A stretch of DNA of 20,351 bases from Candidatus Bipolaricaulota bacterium (GTDB lineage: Bacteria > Bipolaricaulota > Bipolaricaulia > UBA7950 > UBA9294). The stretch is taken from contig JBFMGK010000024.1 of the NCBI GenBank assembly GCA_040752575.1, positions 1-20,351 of the forward strand, read 5' to 3'. The notes under the pieces are model-generated. The model was not told the origin of the DNA. It made no database searches and saw nothing but the letters and a program-made list of their open reading frames with translations. How positions within the stretch are numbered: the first letter of the stretch is position 1; each line of letters begins with the position of its first letter. Of the stretch, positions 17,029 to 20,351 are shown one piece after another. The position numbers and the translations under genes are program-made.

Positions 17029-17502
17029 ATGACGATGAAACCGATTCGCATCGACGGCGTGGAGTCCTACGACTGGACGCAGATCCTGCAGGAGTGCCAG
17101 TCCGAGGGGCACAACATGGTCAACCGGCTGCTCGCCGACTTCTCGTCCGGAGGCAACCGGTTCGATGCCCCCGGAGAAGTGCTTCTCGTCTGTCTCTCCG
17201 GCAGCAGCGTTGTCGCGGTGGCCGGACTGAATCGTGAGCCCGACGAGAGCCTTCCGAGAGCCGGGCGCATTCGCCGTCTCTACGTCGTGCCCCAGTTCAG
17301 ACGGCAGTCTCTTGGCCGGAGCCTGGTTGAGCAGATCGCCGCTCTCGCTGAGCCGTACTTAAATACTCTGACAGCCAACGTCGGGAAGCCAGATGCCTAC
17401 ATTTTCTATGAACGCCTCGGCTTCACGCCCGTTCGACACCGGAGCATCACTCACAAGAAGCAGTTGGCACGCAACCACACAATGGCCAGTATCGTCGCGT
17501 AG
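17029..17502 (+). CDS. GNAT family N-acetyltransferase
   Basis: EGHNMVNRL..F.SGGNRF..PGEVL, AGRIRRLYVVPQFRRQSLGRSLV (motif A), FYERLGF. Start ATG 17029 or 17035. Confidence 0.9.
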   Translation: MTMKPIRIDGVESYDWTQILQECQSEGHNMVNRLLADFSSGGNRFDAPGEVLLVCLSGSSVVAVAGLNREPDESLPRAGRIRRLYVVPQFRRQSLGRSLVEQIAALAEPYLNTLTANVGKPDAYIFYERLGFTPVRHRSITHKKQLARNHTMASIVA

Positions 17503-17564
17503 GTGCCGAGCCCCCTTCACACGTCGGGTGGCAGGACCTCCGAAGGCAAGGAGGAAGCGAGTGC

Positions 17565-18044
17565 ATGAGCAATAGCATGGCACAGCCCTCTGGCGAGACG
17601 CGGGATACCATCCAGCGCGTGCTTGAGCGAAACCGATTCGCCGTGTTGGCCACCCAGCGTGACGGTCAGCCGCACGCCAGCCTGATCGCCTTCACGCCGT
17701 TGGAGGGCTTGCGCTTCCTCGCCTTTGCGACGTATCGCCAGACCGTCAAGTACGCGAGCATCCAGAAGGATCGAAGGGTTGCGATCCTGGTGGAGGACCG
17801 AGGCAGAGATGCCCGACACGCGGATAGGCGACTCGTCCTTACGGCGCTGGGTGAAGCGATCGAGACGCCGCTGGGGGAGCGGCCGGCGCATCTGGCGACG
17901 CACGCAGCGCGGCACCCTGAGCTCGCGGAATTCCTCAGCTCGCCGGACTGCCAGTTTGTCCGTGTGGCCATCCACGCCTATCAGGTCGTGGGCGGCGTCG
18001 ACGATGTGCGGTGGTACAGAGTTGGAGAGTCCGCTGCCGCCTGA
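17565..18044 (+). CDS. Pyridoxamine 5'-phosphate oxidase-like (FMN split barrel) protein
   Basis: FAVLAT..DGQPHASLIAF, FATYRQTVKYASI..DRRVAILV. RBS AGGAGG. Confidence 0.88.
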   Translation: MSNSMAQPSGETRDTIQRVLERNRFAVLATQRDGQPHASLIAFTPLEGLRFLAFATYRQTVKYASIQKDRRVAILVEDRGRDARHADRRLVLTALGEAIETPLGERPAHLATHAARHPELAEFLSSPDCQFVRVAIHAYQVVGGVDDVRWYRVGESAAA

Positions 18045-18060
18045 CCAAGGTTGCGACGGG

Positions 18061-18109
18061 AATCCCGAGGACACAATACGAAACGCGGTTTCGATAGCGT
18101 ATTGTGTCC
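18061..18109. repeat. Palindromic element family A, copy 2 (inverted relative to copies 3/4, one arm truncated)
   Basis: Perfect 12-bp arms GGACACAATACG...CGTATTGTGTCC. The loop's reverse complement (atcgaaaccgcgttt) resembles the copy-3 loop (atcgaagccgattt). Confidence 0.85.
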
Positions 18110-18291
18110 ACAAAGGCCCAAGAAGAGCTTGCAGCCGACGGCGAGGACGCCCAGGTGGAGGGCTGACGCTGGCCGAAATGGAGTCGATGAGGCCAGAGCC
18201 GAGACCTCGCCAGAGGGGCGTTGTGGTCTATCATGCGGACCTGCGGGGGTGCAGGCTAGGCGTGGTTGCGCCGCAAGGAAGGGGAAGGGCG

Positions 18292-19128
18292 TTGCGCCTT
18301 CGTTGGTGTGCGATCGCTGTCACCGTCGGGTGCGTTGCTCTTGGCGGTTGCTCAGGGACTCCAAGCTCCCTGCTCTTCGAGACCCAGTCGGCGAATCGAC
18401 TTGACCTCCGATGGCGCGCCCGTGATGCGGATTACCAAGAGCGGTTGAGGAGAGTCGCGGGCCTAGACGACGTCATCAGCAGTGACATGTCGGACTACGA
18501 AAAGGTGAGAGAGATCTCCGCGTGGGCACACGGTCTCTGGGAACACCAGGGCGATGCGCAGGTGGACACGAGGGATCCGATCACGCTGATCCTCCAGGCC
18601 AGAGAGAGTAGGGCCTTTCGCTGTGTGGAGTACGCGATCGTGATAGCTGCCTGTCTCAGCGCTGTGGGCATTCCTTCGCGGACTCTCGGCTTGATGATGA
18701 GAGACGTCGAGACCCGGAGCTCCTCAGCAGGGCACGTCGTTGCCGAAGCCTACTTGAGGGACCTCGACAAGTGGATCATGGTTGACGGGCAGTGGGATGC
18801 GATCCCGTGGCTCGGGGGTTCTCCACTGAATGCGGTGGAACTCCAGCACGCCATTGCAGCGAGAGCGCGAGTGCTCTCCATTGATAGTTCTTGCGGGACC
18901 GAAGCTAGGGAGTACGTGAGGTGGGTTACGCCGTACCTCTACTATTTCAGCATCTACGCCGACCTCCGCGCGGGGGAGAGCGGTTGGCAAGAGCGGCAGG
19001 TGATTCTCGTGCCTGTCGGCGCCAAGGAGCCTACGGTCTTCCAGCGGACAATTCCGATCGACGCGATCTACACTCGGAATCTGGCAACCTTCTATCAGCC
19101 GCCGATCGTGGGTGCCAAGCAACCCTGA
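18292..19128 (+). CDS. Transglutaminase-like domain lipoprotein; start uncertain
   Basis: C-terminal part of ORF 17725..19128. Lipobox-like VALGGC and triad FRCVEYA / GHVVAEAY / WIMVDGQW. TTG at 18292 follows a purine-rich RBS. Confidence 0.8.
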   Translation: MRLRWCAIAVTVGCVALGGCSGTPSSLLFETQSANRLDLRWRARDADYQERLRRVAGLDDVISSDMSDYEKVREISAWAHGLWEHQGDAQVDTRDPITLILQARESRAFRCVEYAIVIAACLSAVGIPSRTLGLMMRDVETRSSSAGHVVAEAYLRDLDKWIMVDGQWDAIPWLGGSPLNAVELQHAIAARARVLSIDSSCGTEAREYVRWVTPYLYYFSIYADLRAGESGWQERQVILVPVGAKEPTVFQRTIPIDAIYTRNLATFYQPPIVGAKQP

Positions 19129-19196
19129 GGAGACTCCGGTGGCACGACACCGTTCTCCACTGCCGGCGGAGGCGGTTAGCGCGAGCCGCGCGAGTG

Positions 19197-19248
19197 CCGG
19201 GACATAGTAAGTAATCGAAGCCGATTTAGTATTGTGTCCCCGGAATTC
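19197..19248. repeat. Palindromic element family A, copy 3
   Basis: CCGGGACATAGTAAGTAATCGAAGCCGATTTAGTATTGTGTCCCCGGAATTC. Confidence 0.88.
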
Positions 19249-19348
19249 CGGCTGCGAGGAGGCATGTTGTCCCGGGACTCCCGCGCAGTCGAAGGTCGGC
19301 CACGGGCAGCCCGTGAGACTCGGTCTTGGCGGTTCCACCTTGTGGCGC

Positions 19349-19894
19349 CTATGCATCGCTCGGCCCGGGCTCCCACCCGACGTCTTGGCTCCAGCGATTG
19401 GCTTGCATCATCACGTTCCAGATGAACGGCGCCTTGGCGTCGGTGTACGCAGCGCGGTCTTCACGGTGCTTGTCCGCCAGCGCGCGCTTGAGCTCGGCGT
19501 ACTGCGCCGCGTCGGCGGGGTGTGCCCGCATGTAGTCGCGGAACAAGAGACTAAGCTGCTCCGACCAGCTCCCGGCTCGGCGAACGTGGATGTGGGTTCG
19601 CCGTTCGCCCGGGCGCTCGCGGAAGTAGCGCTTTGTGAGGTCCGGGTTCTCCGGCCGGAAGATGTAGCCGTCTCGTTCGAGTGGAAAGCGGTATGCGTTG
19701 AGCGGCTCGAACGATGCGACCGAGATCTGGAGGTCGATGATCGGCTTCGCGTCGAGTCCGGGGACGGCCGTCGACCCTATGTGGTCGATGCGGAGCGCAG
19801 CATCACTCAGAGCGTTGCGCAGCCGGCGGCCGAGCTCGGCAAAGCGCTGCGGCCACGCTGGATCATACCGGACGACAAGAATCGGGTCGGTCAC
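19349..19894 (-). CDS. GrpB / UPF0157 family protein (nucleotidyltransferase-like fold)
   Basis: YDPAWPQRF, IDHIGSTAVPGLDAKPIIDL, HIHVR, LLFRDYMRAHP, YAELKRALA, YTDAKAPFI. GTG start with RBS GGAGGT. Confidence 0.93.
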   Translation of the reverse strand: MTDPILVVRYDPAWPQRFAELGRRLRNALSDAALRIDHIGSTAVPGLDAKPIIDLQISVASFEPLNAYRFPLERDGYIFRPENPDLTKRYFRERPGERRTHIHVRRAGSWSEQLSLLFRDYMRAHPADAAQYAELKRALADKHREDRAAYTDAKAPFIWNVMMQANRWSQDVGWEPGPSDA

Positions 19895-19957
19895 ATCTAC
19901 CTCCGCTGGGAGAGCGTACGTGCTGCCACGCCGGAGAGCGAGTCAAGCCATCGATGG

Positions 19958-20012
19958 ATTCCGGGGACATAATACGTAATCGCAGCCGAATAGAGTATTG
20001 TGTCCCCGGAAT
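19958..20012. repeat. Palindromic element family A, copy 4 (best preserved)
   Basis: ATTCCGGGGACATAATAC-gtaatcgcagccgaataga-GTATTGTGTCCCCGGAAT: 18-bp arms with one T:G. Confidence 0.92.
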
Positions 20013-20064
20013 GCGCGTGGCGCTGTTCGCCGCCGAGGACGGTGTGAAGCATACTTGGCCCGCC

Positions 20065-20351
20065 ATGAAAGAGAGCCGACTGGTGATGTGGATCGCGGTG
20101 GGACTGATCGTGGGCGGAACCCTCCTGTTGCTCAACAACCTGAATGTGTTCGGAGCGCAAGGGTCAGGGCTCGGAGGAGCCTTGTTCGCGGCGGGTGGAG
20201 CCGTTTTCTTGGGGATCTTCGCGCGTGATCGACGCCAATGGTGGGCGGCTATTCCCGGCTGCACCCTTGTCGGGCTTGCCCTCTCGTCGCTCTTGGGGCC
20301 TGGGCTCGGCTCGTGGAGTGGTCTGGCGTTTCTCGGATCGATCGGTGTCGG
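20065..20351 (+). CDS. Multi-pass membrane protein, N-terminal part; runs off the edge
   Basis: Translated by hand: MKESRLVMWIAVGLIVGGTLLLLNNLNVFG...ALFAAGGAVFLGIFARDRRQWWAAIPGCTLVGLA. Not in the ORF track because it has no stop. Confidence 0.75.
   Translation, partial: MKESRLVMWIAVGLIVGGTLLLLNNLNVFGAQGSGLGGALFAAGGAVFLGIFARDRRQWWAAIPGCTLVGLALSSLLGPGLGSWSGLAFLGSIGV

Noticed and set aside
17725..18291. N-terminal ~190 aa of the 467-aa ORF as a fusion domain
   Set aside because: It overlaps the PNPOx gene in another frame and reads through hairpin A2; the lipoprotein signal begins near 18292.
19349..19894. GrpB as the missing AbiEii toxin partner
   Set aside because: It has a nucleotidyltransferase-like fold but belongs to a different family, lies 3.4 kb away on the opposite strand, and sits in its own repeat-bounded unit.
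14219..20012. CRISPR array or canonical integron
   Set aside because: Repeats are separated by whole genes at irregular spacing and in mixed orientation. There are no cas or intI genes, and family A lacks attC core sites.
14219..20012. Family A hairpins as rho-independent terminators or IS ends
   Set aside because: No U-tracts, long conserved loops, and one copy lies between divergent genes (19958). No transposase or target duplication was seen.

Overview
GC-rich bacterial window in three blocks. (1) 1-4330: a minus-strand TetR-controlled ABC operon (TetR, FtsX/MacB-type permease, LolA-like periplasmic protein, second permease, LolD/MacB-type ATPase running off the edge). (2) 4559-13492: a Type I restriction-modification locus (hsdR, hsdM, hsdS). 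It carries a Fic gene and a four-helix-bundle (IVP/Avd-like) gene between hsdR and hsdM, and a coupled HNH-like gene after hsdS. (3) 13500-20351: a string of short unrelated genes (mini Zn/His protein, truncated hypothetical, orphan AbiEi antitoxin, hicB-hicA, GNAT, PNPOx-like, transglutaminase-like lipoprotein, GrpB, membrane protein). Two non-coding patterns stand out. The four-helix-bundle gene is bracketed by G-rich heptamer arrays and a complementary C-rich array ending at the hsdM ribosome-binding site. In block 3, most gene junctions carry one of three REP-like repeat families, and two genes are broken at a repeat, which suggests a repeat-delimited cassette array with no integrase in view. 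All calls come from reading the sequence; no database searches were run.
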